From assembly GCF_000760515.2 (NCBI RefSeq), contig NW_013546556.1, positions 1 to 47,525 of the forward strand: 47,525 bases of DNA, in the 5' to 3' direction. This DNA is from Mitosporidium daphniae. Its lineage: Eukaryota. Each line of letters begins with the position of its first letter. Within the stretch, counting starts at the first letter, position 1. Under the pieces are notes generated by a model that was given only the letters and a program-made list of their open reading frames with translations, made no database searches and had not been told where the DNA came from. Made by a program: the position numbers and the translations under genes. This document shows positions 11,579-23,365 of this stretch, piece after piece.

Positions 11579-11588
11579 TCCCATAATA

Positions 11589-12702
11589 ATGCCACCCATT
11601 TCCTCATCTGCCCATGCTTCTCCGACTAAGCTAGCATCAAAGCCCTCTCCTTCGGGAAAGGCTTTGCTGGCCCAGGCAGAAGCAAAGTTCAATTCGTCAA
11701 AAAAAAGCTCAATTACCTGGTGGATATCCTCTCTCTTTTCTACTCGCATGTCAGAGGAAGATAATGTGGAGCAGGCTGCCGAATTGTTTGGACAGGCTGC
11801 CAATAGATTTAAAATCGACAAACTTTGTAAAGCCAACTTTTTATTGTAGGGAACGATGCGGGAAGCGCCTTTTTACGGATGGCCACTTGCAGTTCGATTA
11901 TTGGAGAGCGTGACGACGAGCTGTCTGCGCTTGTTTCGGCGGCCTCTTGCTTTAAAAAATCGGAATTTCCCCAAAAAGCAATTGATCCTCTAACTACAGC
12001 ATCGCTGGGATATCTTGAACGCGGACGGTTGCATACGGCGGCCAGACAATTTCGCGACCTTGGGGAGCTCTATGAAATTCTTGCTGGAAAGCCAATTGAA
12101 TCCGGGGACTATTTTACGCCATCAAGTGAACCTTTTTTTTTAAAGGCAATTGAGTTTTTTCAAAAGTCTTCCGATCTTTTTCTTGGCGAAGACGCGATTG
12201 CGTATGTTTTGCAGGGCTTATTTTAGAACGTCCAATGCGTGTTTGATCCGAGTTGGAATGCTTGCAGCACTTTGCAAGGACTTTCCTCTCGCCGTGCGAA
12301 CATTTGAAGAAATGGCGCGACAAAGCATTTCGCAGGCGCTTGCCAAATGGTCCGTCAAAGAACATTTGTTCCGAGCCTCACTGTGCATGCTTGCCAGCAG
12401 AGATTATGATGTACCGACGATTGCATAATATTTCCCATAGCTGACCTCTATTGAGAGAGCACATACGTCTGAGTACATCACTTTGGATTCTGGATTTTCT
12501 ATGTCGCTCGAGTGCGCTTTTGTCGCTGTATTTATTTCCTCTGATTTCGTAGGATATCATTAGCGCGTTGAAGGAGGACGATTTGGAGTCCTTTAATGCC
12601 ATAGTCTCCGAGTTTGACAAGATGTCTCCGTTTGATGCATGGAAGTCTGCGCTTCTTCTACTGATTAAGCAGCGGTTTGACGAAACGGAGTCGCTCGCCT
12701 AG
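11589..12702 (+). CDS. SEC17: alpha-SNAP; four short introns
   Basis: LLAQAEAK, EQAAELFGQAANRFK, GRLHTAAR, LAKWSVKEHLFRASLC, EFDKMSPFDAWK. Confidence 0.9.
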
Positions 12703-12895
12703 TGTGTAAAAATAAACCCCAACATTCTCCACTTGACATGTTGATTTTTCAAGCCAAACCAACACAAGCAACGCAAAAATTAGCAAAGCTTGCTGGAAGC
12801 GTACACATCGCGTAGCACATGATTGCTTTTTGCAGCGAGAAGGACCCCGGTTTAAGGTTTGACATTGCACCTCTCAACAGCGTCCAAATAAAGAA

Positions 12896-14143
12896 ATGCG
12901 TGCAATAACTCCACTAATCAGTGGATGTGACATTTTTGAAGATATGAAATTGAGTCCATTTCACAGCATGCACGTTTCCCGTGACGCCCATATGACGCCG
13001 TTTTATGACTGGAGGCTTCCATTAAGCTTTTCACCAAATTTCTCTCCGCTTGAAGAGGCAAGAGAAGCCCGCCGAGGTGCGTTGATCTTCGATATTTCAC
13101 ATATGAACAGAATCTCAATCACAGGAAGGTCTGCAATTGCTCTGGTATCAAAAATTACAAGATCCAATGTTGAGATGAAGGATTTTTTTAGATACTCTCT
13201 GATTTTAAGTGACCATTGCTTCATCATCGACGATGCAATGATTCATGCCAGCCACAAACAAGTTCTGCTTGTCTGCAATGCCTCGCAAAAGCAGAGCGTC
13301 CATGCAAGGATACAAGAGACAATTTCGCAGTTGGCATTGCAGAATGAGTCCATACAATGGAAGGAGCACACAACACCTTCAATAGCCATCCAGGGTAAAA
13401 AATTCGCACTCACAAAAGGTCCAAAGGCAAAAGAAATTCTGCAAGATCTTGTTCAAAATAGTGAGAACATCTACTTTGGCCAAATTGCGCCGATTCCCGG
13501 TGTTGGGACACTTGCGAGGACTGGATATTCGGGAGAAGACGGCTTTGAGGTATCAAGTCCACTATCAAGCGTAGATTGCATTTGATGGTGTTGAACAGGG
13601 AGTTTCCTTTTGTGAACACGCCATTGGCAAATACCAGTTCCTAAAATGGGCTGGACTCGGAGCAAGAAATATCCTTCGATTAGAGGCGGGGCTACCGCTC
13701 TCTGGAGTGGATTTTTCTTCCAATCGACGCGGATCGTTGGCGGAATTCGTTACTCCAAAGCGAGCTGGTCTCTCCTGGGCCGTTAGTGAAATGTCAAGTG
13801 TCGAACTAGACGACCCGTATAAGAGAACAGGGTTCATTTTGGATTCGGTAATTCCGGCAAAGGGTAAGAATCTCTTGCTAATTGAGTTGGAATTTGAGTT
13901 TACTTTTCCCTTATCACTATAGAAGGTGCCCCCATCAACGAGCTGACGGGTCACAAAGTGGGCGAAATTACCTCAAGCTGTCCATCTCCAACATTGGGAA
14001 AGACAATAGCGATGGGATATCTTCACGTTTCTGCAAAAGGCCCGTTCGTGGTGCCTGTGGGCGCCTCTTTTTCTGCGCACGCGACAAAAGTCACGCTACC
14101 GTTTATACCGCACTCCTTTTATCGGAAATCACCTGCATCATGA
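12896..14143 (+). CDS. GCV1: Glycine cleavage system T protein (aminomethyltransferase); short introns
   Basis: MTPFYDWRLP, IFDISHM, IIDD, IAIQGP (after intron 13395-13418), RTGYSGEDGFE, AGLGARNILRLEAGL, GEITSSCPSPTLGKTIAMGY. Exact start codon is uncertain. Confidence 0.9.
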
Positions 14144-14434
14144 CGCACCAATTGCTTGCTTTTTAAAATTAAAATTAATTTCCCTCACAAAGGCAACATC
14201 GGCATTCCCGATAATTAGATGGCAGTAGAAGGCTTAAAAACCGACCGGTATATCTTAAAAATGCTCTCAAGCGACATCAAAAGATGTGAAACGACAATCT
14301 CAACCCATATACTGCGGTAGCTTATGCAGCATCGACATTTGTTTTCTCATAAATTAAGGCAACATTGCATGGCTGCATATCCGTGTGTACTTCCATTTAT
14401 GTCCCTACTGTTACCTCTGGTATGATATCACATG

Positions 14435-14435
14435 N
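14435..14435. other. Single ambiguous base N (possible assembly join) in the largest intergenic gap
   Basis: Sequence reads catgNaaaga. Confidence 0.9.
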
Positions 14436-14987
14436 AAAGAGGATACCGATATCAAATGTTCATTTGAAGGTCCTTACAAATCTTCTATTAGACTCTTTAT
14501 TTTGTAAATGTTGCTATCCATCTTAATGGAGCTTTGGCTTTCAAAGCCCTGCTGATGACTGGAAAGTTTCATGGACTTTTTATATATTTTTGTTTTCTTT
14601 AAAGTGTATCAAATTCATAGTTGGCTTATCCGTAGCAGACATTGTCATCTGCACGCATTCGCGTTGTCCATAAAGCTTGTTTGTGTTCAACTTTGTTAGC
14701 CAGCAGAAGTTTCGATATCTTTGGCAATTTCTTGCATTAGGTGTGCTATTCTATTTTTAGCGCTTTTTCATCCAAATGATAAACCCCAATTCCGTGGCCC
14801 TTGCTGTCTATCCTATTGGCCGCATCGGAAAAATATCCAACAGCACCAATTTGGAATTTTGAAATATTTCTAATTTCGTAACATCCTCAATGATTGGTGT
14901 TTTCTCCGTCCAATGGCTGGCTTTAACACGTGCTTCTGCCATTACATTGCACGTTAAGTGTCCCAGGAAGGCATTTCAGCCTGATTG

Positions 14988-15924
14988 ATGAATCTTGGAG
15001 AATATATGCTGTGCACATACCTTTCCGGGACGTTCGCCTTTTTTGCGATCGTCTTCACGCTGTATTTCTTTTTTCTAAAGATGTAAGTTGTTCAAATCGG
15101 TGATTGTAATAGGATATTTATCCGATCACTTTGCTCCAAACGTAAGCGAGAGAAGGGCGCCATCGATGCGCAATCGGCAAAGTTTGACGGATATCTTTTC
15201 TTTATGCCTGCAATGCTGCTTACAGCAACGTAAGTATTTCCCTTTTACTTTCAGCTGCGTTTTGTGGTTCTTTTATGGGATTGCCATTAGCGACAAAACA
15301 ACAATTTTTATAAATGTGGTCGGGTTTTTGATCTCAATGTATGCCATGTGCTTGTTATGCGGCATCTTGCCGACCGACAAACGGAGCCTGGTGATCTTGG
15401 GTGTGCAAACATTTGCCACCATTGCGATTTTGGTATGGGTACTGTGGTATGTCCAATGCGGCACACAGGGAAATGATTCACTATTGGGGATGATTGCTTG
15501 TGGCGGTTCGCTACTCGCCCTCGGCTGGCCGCTTTTACAATATTCTCACGGGGAAGGTACGGTGGAGAGCCTGAATAATGGCGTCAAAAAAAATGGCTTG
15601 AAGGCTTTCTCTGGTGCTGTTCTACTCAGAGCATCGCCGGAGCTGGCGGCATTTGCATCCTCGGTCTCTTGGGCCCTGTATGGGACAACCCTTGACTTTA
15701 ACATGAACATCATTTTGCCAAACATAATTTCAGCGCTTTTCTCGATAATGCAGCTGTTTAGACCAAAGGATGGCCGCCTTGTCAGGGTTGACCCGTCTGC
15801 TTGTGAGATCTCATCTGCCACTAAAGCCACCGAGGCCAACGATGCTGCAGATGAGATGCACATCATTCAAATGCCATACACTGTCGAGATTCGACCACAA
15901 ACTATTTCCGTGGGTGTACGATAG
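14988..15924 (+). CDS. SWEET / MtN3-saliva family sugar transporter-like; introns 15083-15112, 15230-15254
   Basis: Two repeats with SWEET-like motifs: [18 protein letters not shown] and SSVSWALYG...[17 protein letters not shown], plus LLGMIAC...LGWPL. About 7 TM segments. Confidence 0.75.
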
Positions 15925-16054
15925 TGGCCGATATGCGGACTCGCTGTATAAATGTGTAAATGTGTACATACGGATACCTGTGGGGTGTACAATTGCCTTC
16001 ACTAGGCTGCTTGATTGTCAATTCAAATTAATAAAATGTAAAAAAATTTATTTT

Positions 16055-19000
16055 ATGGATCCAGACGGGTGTTCCTCGCTACATGCAAACTTTTCCCTGC
16101 CCACGGTGCGGCACGAGGTAGCACTGCCAGAGGCGTGCACCCCTGAGCATGTGCCAAAATATGACCCCACTGCCACTTTGGAGAGCCCCGCAAGACGCTA
16201 TCCATTCACACTTGACCCGTTTCAGGCAATCTCAATTGCCTGCCTCGAGGCTAAGGAGTCGGTGTTGGTTGCCGCACACACGTCCGCTGGAAAGACAGTT
16301 GTGGCAGAGTATGCCATTGCCATGGCCCTGCGCGACCGGCAGCGCGTAGTCTATACGAGCCCCATAAAAGCACTTTCAAATCAAAAGTATCGCGAGCTGC
16401 TGGATGCTTTTGGCGACGTCGGGCTGATGACAGGAGATGTCACCATCAATCCTGCCGCGTCTTGCCTAGTGATGACGACCGAGGTGAGCTGAAAGTCTTA
16501 TGTGGTAGATATATCGCTCCATGCTGTACCGCGGCTCAGAAGTAATGCGAGAAGTGGCCTGGGTCATCTATGACGAGATTCACTACATGCGCGATAAGGA
16601 GCGTGGCGTGGTGTGGGAAGAGACAATTATTTTGACGCCGTCAAGTGTGCGTTTCGTTTTTCTTTCTGCGACGATTCCAAATGCATTGCAATTTGCCGAG
16701 TGGATCAGCGCGCTTCACAAGCAACCGTGCCATGTGGTTTACACAGAAATGCGACCAACCCCTTTGCAGCACTATGTCTTTGGGGCAAGTGGCGATGGCA
16801 TCCATCTTGTGCTCGATGAGCGCAAGAATTTCCGCGAAGATAACCTCGCCAAGGCACTGGCGGCGGTGGGCAGCCAAGAAAGTCGGTCTTCCACGGCCGG
16901 TTCTGATCTACAAAAGATAATACGGCTTATTATGGGCCGCGCTCTGCACCCGGCGATAGTTTTTTCTTTTTCGCGGCGCGAATGTGAAGCCAATGCCGTC
17001 CAAATGGCCGGGATGGACCTCAACACGGAAGACGAAAAAGATCTGGTGTCGCTCGTTTTTGCCAATGCGACAGAAGCTCTTTCAGAAGAGGATCGATCAC
17101 TACCGCAGATTGCCTCGCTATTGCCGCTGCTACGGCGCGGCATTGCACTGCATCACTCTGGGCTGTTGCCTGTGCTCAAGGAGGTCATCGAAATTCTCTT
17201 TCAGGAAAACCTGATAAAGATCCTCTTTGCCACAGAAACTTTTGCTATCGGGTTGAACATGCCAGCGCGAACGGTTGTCTTCACTGCGATCCGAAAATTT
17301 GATGGTGAAACCGTGCGGACGATCTCACCTGGCGAGTATATCCAAATGTCTGGTCGGGCAGGCCGCCGTGGTATCGATGCGCGAGGTGTTGTTATCCTGA
17401 TGATGAGCGAACGCGTGCAACCAGAACTTCTGCGTTCAATAATGTGTGGCAGCGCAGATCCGCTTCATTCTGCATTTAGGCTCTCATACAACATGGTGCT
17501 AAACATGATGCGACTAGAAGGGTTCCACCCCGAGGCCATGCTTGAGCGTTCCTTTATGCAGTTCCAAAATCGCAGTGCATTGCCGCTTCTTGCTGCCCGT
17601 GTTGAGGCGGCCGCAAGCGCTGCTGCCAATGCTGCTGCCGAGGCCTCTCGCTTTGTTTCTGGCTCCATTGATGCCCAATCACCTGCCATTGATACCCATT
17701 TGGACATCGTTGGCAGCTCCAGCGGCAATTTGCATCCGAATCCTTCTTCTGCGCTAGACATACCGGCAACAGGTGCAGTTGGACTCCCCTCGACACATGG
17801 CACCCTTGCGACAGAAAGCGAATCCATAGTCCAAGAGACTAAATGTGCTTCGGTCGATGTGTTGCTAAAAAGATTTGCAGCCACGGAGCAATTACGGACG
17901 GTGCGAGAGGAGATCCGCCGTCGTGTTTTTGATGCTAGCATTATTTTGCCATTCTTGCAGCCTGGCCGTCTTGTGCGAGTGCGTACAGAGAATAGCACGG
18001 GCGACTCTGGGGCATCATGGGGGGCAGTGTTGTCCACACACAAGATCAAGAGTGCACGGCCGCAAAACCTTTCTCCGTGGATCGTAGACGTCATGGTGAG
18101 CTCGGGTGAAGTTGTACCATTCTCTCTGGACCTTGTTGACAATATCTCTTCGATTCGCATGGTAATTCCTGGGGATCTCAAGTCTGCAGAGCAGCGTCAG
18201 CGGCTAGGCACGTCTATGACAGAGCTTTTTCACCAGTTTCCTAGCGAGAAAATTCCAGTGCTTTCTCCCACTGAAGACCTTGGGCTTGCCACTGATGGCG
18301 CCTTTATGCGCAGCGTTACCAAGCGTGATGCGCTTGAGCGCCGCGTACACCAATTATGCATTAGCGATGCAGAATTGGCTGCAGCGAGGGCGGTTGTGGA
18401 GGCCCGAGCAGAACTCGTAGCTGCGCAACGGACCCTGCATGCCGCAACCCTGGTCTCGCAGATGGATGATCTACGACGGCGGCGGCGCGTCCTCCGCCTT
18501 CTGGGCTTTACAGAGCCAGCAGGCGGCCTTTCTAACGCTGCCGCGGCCGATTTTATGTTGGAAACTCGAACATCCGATGTCGTCATCATCAAAGGACGTG
18601 TTGCATGTGAGATTTCCACCGGTGATGAGCTCGTATTGACCGAGCTGCTTTTCGCCGGTGTCTTCAATGCGCTGTCGGTGGAGGCAGCACTTGCTCTCCT
18701 TTCGTGTTTCGTTTGCGAGGAGAGAGCTCCAGAAGGCAGTGCTAGTGCTCTTCCAGAAGAACTGCGAGCACCTTATGCACAGCTTTTGGAGACAGCGCGA
18801 ACCGTAGCACGCACTTTGCGCATCGTCAGCGATGATGTTGCTGCTGATGGGGATAGCGAGCGTGCTTTATCGGAGCAGTTTCGTCCCACCCTTATGGAGG
18901 CGGTAATGTCGTGGGCACGTGGTGCCAAATTTGCCGTTGTCTGCAAAATTGCGGACAGTGTTTTCGAAGGCTCCATCATACGCACCATGAGACGGCTCGA

Positions 19001-19127
19001 GGAGCTGTTGCGGCAGCTCTGTCAGGCCGCAAAGACAATTGGATCTACCACGCTCGAAGTCAAGTTTGCCGAAGGCATCACGGCGATACGCCGTGACATC
19101 GTCTTTGCTAGCTCGCTTTATTTATAA
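16055..19127 (+). CDS. MTR4: Exosome RNA helicase Mtr4; intron 16484-16508
   Basis: [50 protein letters not shown], arch region, DSHCT FEGSIIR...[11 protein letters not shown]. Confidence 0.96.
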
Positions 19128-19206
19128 TATTGATCCCTCGCATCGGCAACGTACAAATACGCGATCCATTAAAATTCAAGCTTCTCGGCTGGTGGAATTT
19201 AATTTA

Positions 19207-20812
19207 ATGTACACATGGCTTGTCGGCCAGCGGCGTCATCCCTTCTGGGAGAAACAGCCTGTGGCACATACCCCTGTGGACCTGCTTGCGGTGAAGCCCG
19301 TTGATATTGGGAAACCCTTGGATGTCCAGCATGCAGCATCCTGTGCACTGCCGAATAAAGCTTTACATGCTAGGACAAGTGAATTGGCGATAAATGGCGA
19401 GCCACCTGTAATCGAAGGGCCCATTTCCGGGCTATACTGGTGCCGTCTCCATGTGGAAAATTCGGCAGAGCTAGCAGATATGGTTGGGCTTCTTGGCGAC
19501 CATTACGTGGAAGATTCTCCCAGTACGCTTCGATTTGCGTATTCGGCCGATTTTTTGCGCTGGGCACTGGAGGACTACGTCTTTGAGATGCCCACCACCG
19601 ATGCCTGCGGTGGGGGTGCAGAAAAAGACGACTCTTCTACGCCCAGCATATCGCGTCTGTGTTCCCATCCTGCACTTATTGTGGGCATTCGCGATAGCCA
19701 GATGACGCTTAAGGGATGCATTGCGGCTACACTGATGCCGATGCACATTGGAAAATCCACTGCAAAGATTGCGCTCGTAAATTTTCTTTGCGTGCATCGA
19801 GAATTGCGTGGCCATCAGCTGGCACCGCTTTTGATAAAGGAACTAACTCGGCTTGTTCATGCGGAATATGGTGTGTTCCAAGCGCTCTTTTCCACCGAAA
19901 GAATCCTTCCGGCGCCCGTTGCAACGTGCAGGTATGTGTGGCTGCTGTTTTCATTGTGTTGCTTCTATTGTTAAGCGTCTCTATGTTTCCGTGATAACTC
20001 TCTTCGCCACTTGGGGGCCGTTTGCTCCAAAATATCATTTCTCACCGCTAGATATTGGCATTATCCTCTGCGCGTATCCAGGCTCGTAGAGACAGGGTTC
20101 ATTTCAAAGTGCTCCGAGGCCACGCTTGCATACTTCAATACCAAATATGCACCGGAGCGGATTGTTGCCGGTATATCGCAGAGCGACTACTGCCTGCGTG
20201 CCTTCCGAGAACATACAGATGCCAAAGTGGCTGCTGAACTATTGGAAGCACATTTTGCCAAGCATTTTGAGTTTAGACCCGCCTTTGGCACCTCGCTTAT
20301 ACGGCGGCTGATGACTCAAAGGCCAGGAGTTATCTACTCGTATCTGCTGTTTCGCGAAGAAGTCTCGGTAGCTTTCGGCGCCATTTATGCCCTACCCTCT
20401 AAGGTTCTCAACAACAACGAAACCAAAGTTTCGGATGGCACTATTCCCGGCTGCGAGGACGAAATAGCACAATGTGAAGATAGCCGGCCAAATGCGACGA
20501 TAGACACTGAAGCAGAGGTAGAAACTATCCGCGTCGCATATCTCTATTACACCGCTTGGCGCGACGATGAGCATGCGGAACATTTGCTTAGGCATTTACT
20601 TGCGGAAGCCTATAAGCTGGGCTTCGATGTTTGCAACTGCCTCAATGCAGCTGGGGTTTCTGAAAGGCTGTTGGACGAGGGCTGCAAATTTTGGTCCGGT
20701 GATGGATTTCTAAGGTAGGCGTATCGTCATCCTTCCACGATTTAGGTATTATTTTTTCAACTTCAAGTCTCCCAAGCTCACGCCGGAAAAGATGCCTTTT
20801 CTGTTCGTATAG
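19207..20812 (+). CDS. NMT1: Glycylpeptide N-myristoyltransferase; introns 19932-20051 and 20715-20745
   Basis: HPFWEKQPV, HYVED...RFAYS.DFLRWAL, VNFLCVH.ELR...LAPLLIKELTR, RYWH, FDVCNCL, KF.SGDGFLRYYFFNF. Confidence 0.93.
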
Positions 20813-20991
20813 GGGCGTCTTATCGCAAATCTGATAATAAAATTAACGTCACATATTAAATGGTCATCTTTGCACATTTGTTCCGCGACAAGGGACTCGT
20901 TTTCACAGACGCGGCGCTCGTGTGACACGCGATCCCATCCGGGCTATGGGGGGGGGGTTGGCCATAAATTTAATTAATTTATTTCAATTTG

Positions 20992-21282
20992 ATGGCATAT
21001 TCTGGCCTGCAGCTCAAGGTGTTGGCATTTGCAAGAGAAGCGCTCCGTGCCTGTGGCAAACGGGGCGATCCGGTAGCTTGTCATCAAAATTCATTGTAGG
21101 TTTTACGGGAACGTTTTCGTGCCTACGTGATGGGGGAATTTAGAGCAAACTCCAGGCGAGTATCAAAATCAGACTTTGCAACAATTGAATACATGCTACG
21201 GATAGGGCGCAAGCGACTCGATAACATGCTTTCCGACCCTTCCGTTACTGCCGTGCATTTTAAACATCTCGGTGGAGGTTAG
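20992..21282 (+). CDS. SDHAF1: Succinate dehydrogenase assembly factor 1 (Sdh6, LYR family), 87 aa; intron 21073-21099; absent from the ORF track
   Basis: Spliced MAYSGLQLKVLAFAREALRA...FRAYVMGEFRAN...KSDFATIEYMLRIGRKRL, matching my recollection of Sdh6 (SGLQKEVL.LYR...DFTTIEHLLRVG.K). Confidence 0.85.
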
Positions 21283-21343
21283 GGCGGTTGTAAATTTATT
21301 TGTTGTCCCATTAAATTGTAAAGCCATGTAAATTTTATTGGAA

Positions 21344-22444
21344 ATGCACTTGAGGAGGTGTCTCTCGTCTGGCGCTGGTGAGCGCTTCGGATTCGCCTCT
21401 GGAATGGTCCAACGAGTTTGTTGCCACGCATGTAACCGCATCATAGGAGATGGCCCAGTCTCTTGCAAGCTCTGTCAAGGAAATGGAGGGCAAGTTTTCG
21501 GTGTTATTGGAGGAGGGGAAACCCTATGTCATCCGCCTGGATGGCTGTACATTCAAGAAATTCACCAATGGAATGGTACGTCCATTTGACCAAAGATTGA
21601 CTCTTGCCATGATCAAGACAATGAATGACCTGGTAGAGCATTTCAATCCATCGTAAGTGTAGCCTTTTCACATAAAGCTTTGCCTTTGCGCAGTCGGACG
21701 AAATTTCACTGATTTTCAAGGGAGATCGATTGCGCGAGTATTACCCCTATGGCGGTCGAGTGATCAAGCTTTGCTCCATTGCTGCAGGCTTTGCCTCTGC
21801 GCGCTTTAATGCCCACATTTCGGCCTTTGATTGGACCGATCGGATGCTTGAGGTGCAACACCGCGTGCGCTCCAGTCTGGCTCATTTTGACGCACGTGTG
21901 TTTTCCGCGCCAGACCAAAAGGCAGCGGCAGATGCCGTCATATGGCGGCATCTGTTTGACTGTCGGCGAAATGCCATCCACACCATTGGGGTGACGCATC
22001 TGGGACATCGGACTATCCATGCCCTGAACATTGGCGAGGTTGACAGAGTATCGTAATTGGTAGATCATCTCGATGCTTTCTTTGAAGAAGAATATCGATG
22101 TAGCACGGGATACGCCGCGAGTTTTCCTCTTTGGGGCCTTTTGCAAGAAGGCGCTGGTACCGCTTCAATTTACACATCCAATCACAAAGGAAACAGGAGT
22201 AGTTATGCGGTCGCATGTGGAGAACCGCGTCTTTGACATGTCTGGAATGCGGGGCACCGACATAATCTCAATGATATTCGACCCGCATTGGTCCAAGGAC
22301 CATCCCGCCTCTCTTTGTGACATGAAAGCCATCCTTGACGGGGATGGTCCCGAAGAGGCTGGAAAGCATCCAGAAACTGTCGAAGAGTCTTCTGACCAAC
22401 CACCAATGGCAGGGGATCATGTTCTGACGACGCAAGTAAAATAA
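21344..22444 (+). CDS. Thg1-like protein (TLP-type 3'-5' RNA polymerase) with predicted mitochondrial presequence, 339 aa; introns 21416-21446, 21653-21677, 22039-22063
   Basis: VIRLDGCTFKKFT..RPFD, AQSDEISLIF, GGRVIKLCS, FDARVF, WRHLFDCRRNAI. The presequence exon depends on the predicted intron 21416-21446. Confidence 0.88.
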
Positions 22445-22464
22445 TAAATTAAGCAAAAAAATTT

Positions 22465-23106
22465 ATGGTCACTTGGAGCACATTCGCCGCCGATGAGCGT
22501 CCCGTCGCCACGCAGGTGGATGACATTGTCGCCCTGGTGTCTGCAGTACTTCCAGAGAAGTACTCCCGCTTTACATATTGCTATTTTTTGTACTCGTGGC
22601 CCTGGCTCTGTCACATGGTAAACCGTTGAATCCCAGTCTTACACTTGAATAATTATTTTGACTTTGTCTTTTCCTTGCCGGCTTGTTCTAAATTTCCAAT
22701 ATATCTCTTTGGGTGTTTTTCTCACAAAAGGCAAGGGACGACCAAACTCTGGTGGCTGTCATCATCGGAAGACTTGCACATAATAAACAAGGGGCCCCAC
22801 GAGGCTATATTGGCATGTTGGTGGTCCATCCAGAGCATCGGCGCAAAGGGCTTGGTCCGTGACTTTTTGGCGCTTATTGTCGTAGGGATTGAATGTATCA
22901 GACGATTCATCTTCTCCTGTGCGAACCATGTCAACGAGGTATTGCCTTGCTATTAATGGTAGATCGTTATTGATACGGAGGTAGAGAATGTGGCCGCGAT
23001 CAGCATCTATCAGAAGCTTGGATTTGTCATTGACAAACGACGCGATTTTTACTACAACGACGGTTCAGACGCCTTCCGATTAAAGCTTACCCTGGCGGAT
23101 TTATAA
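22465..23106 (+). CDS. NAA30: NatC catalytic N-alpha-acetyltransferase (Mak3/Naa30-like GNAT); three introns, the first 113 nt; absent from the ORF track
   Basis: LPEKYSRFTYCYFLYSWP, RGYIGMLVV...RRKGLG, DTEVEN.AA..IYQKLGF..DKR..YY.DG.DAFRLKL. Confidence 0.85.
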
Positions 23107-23365
23107 GCACAAAATCGGAGGGAAAAGCTATCTGAGAGCCGTAAATACCTACCGATCGAGACACTCCGCATACCCAAGTGTGTTACATCTGTTATGGACA
23201 CCTAATAAAATGGCGTGTTTTTATTTTCCAGCCTTGTTGGGCGCCAGTTTCAATTGGTCCGACCCACCCCATCAATTCCAACAGCTTAAAAGGTGTGCAA
23301 TTTAACGGCCCTAATTTGATGTGGCATTAAAAGATTTAAAATAAAATAAAAAAATTATTTACTTA

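Noticed and set aside
16641..18988. Long antisense ORFs over MTR4, and similar ones over the RING, LSG1 and TMEM245 genes
   Set aside because: Shadow ORFs expected opposite long coding sequence, especially where GC is high; no recognisable motifs.
19039..19206. MTR4-NMT overlap suggested by ORF 19039
   Set aside because: That ORF starts at TTG. The plausible ATG is 19207, after an AT-rich element and just before the conserved HPFW motif.
19932..20051. TPP riboswitch of fungal NMT1 introns
   Set aside because: That NMT1 is a thiamine biosynthesis gene, whereas this gene is N-myristoyltransferase. No TPP core motif (CUGAGA) is present.
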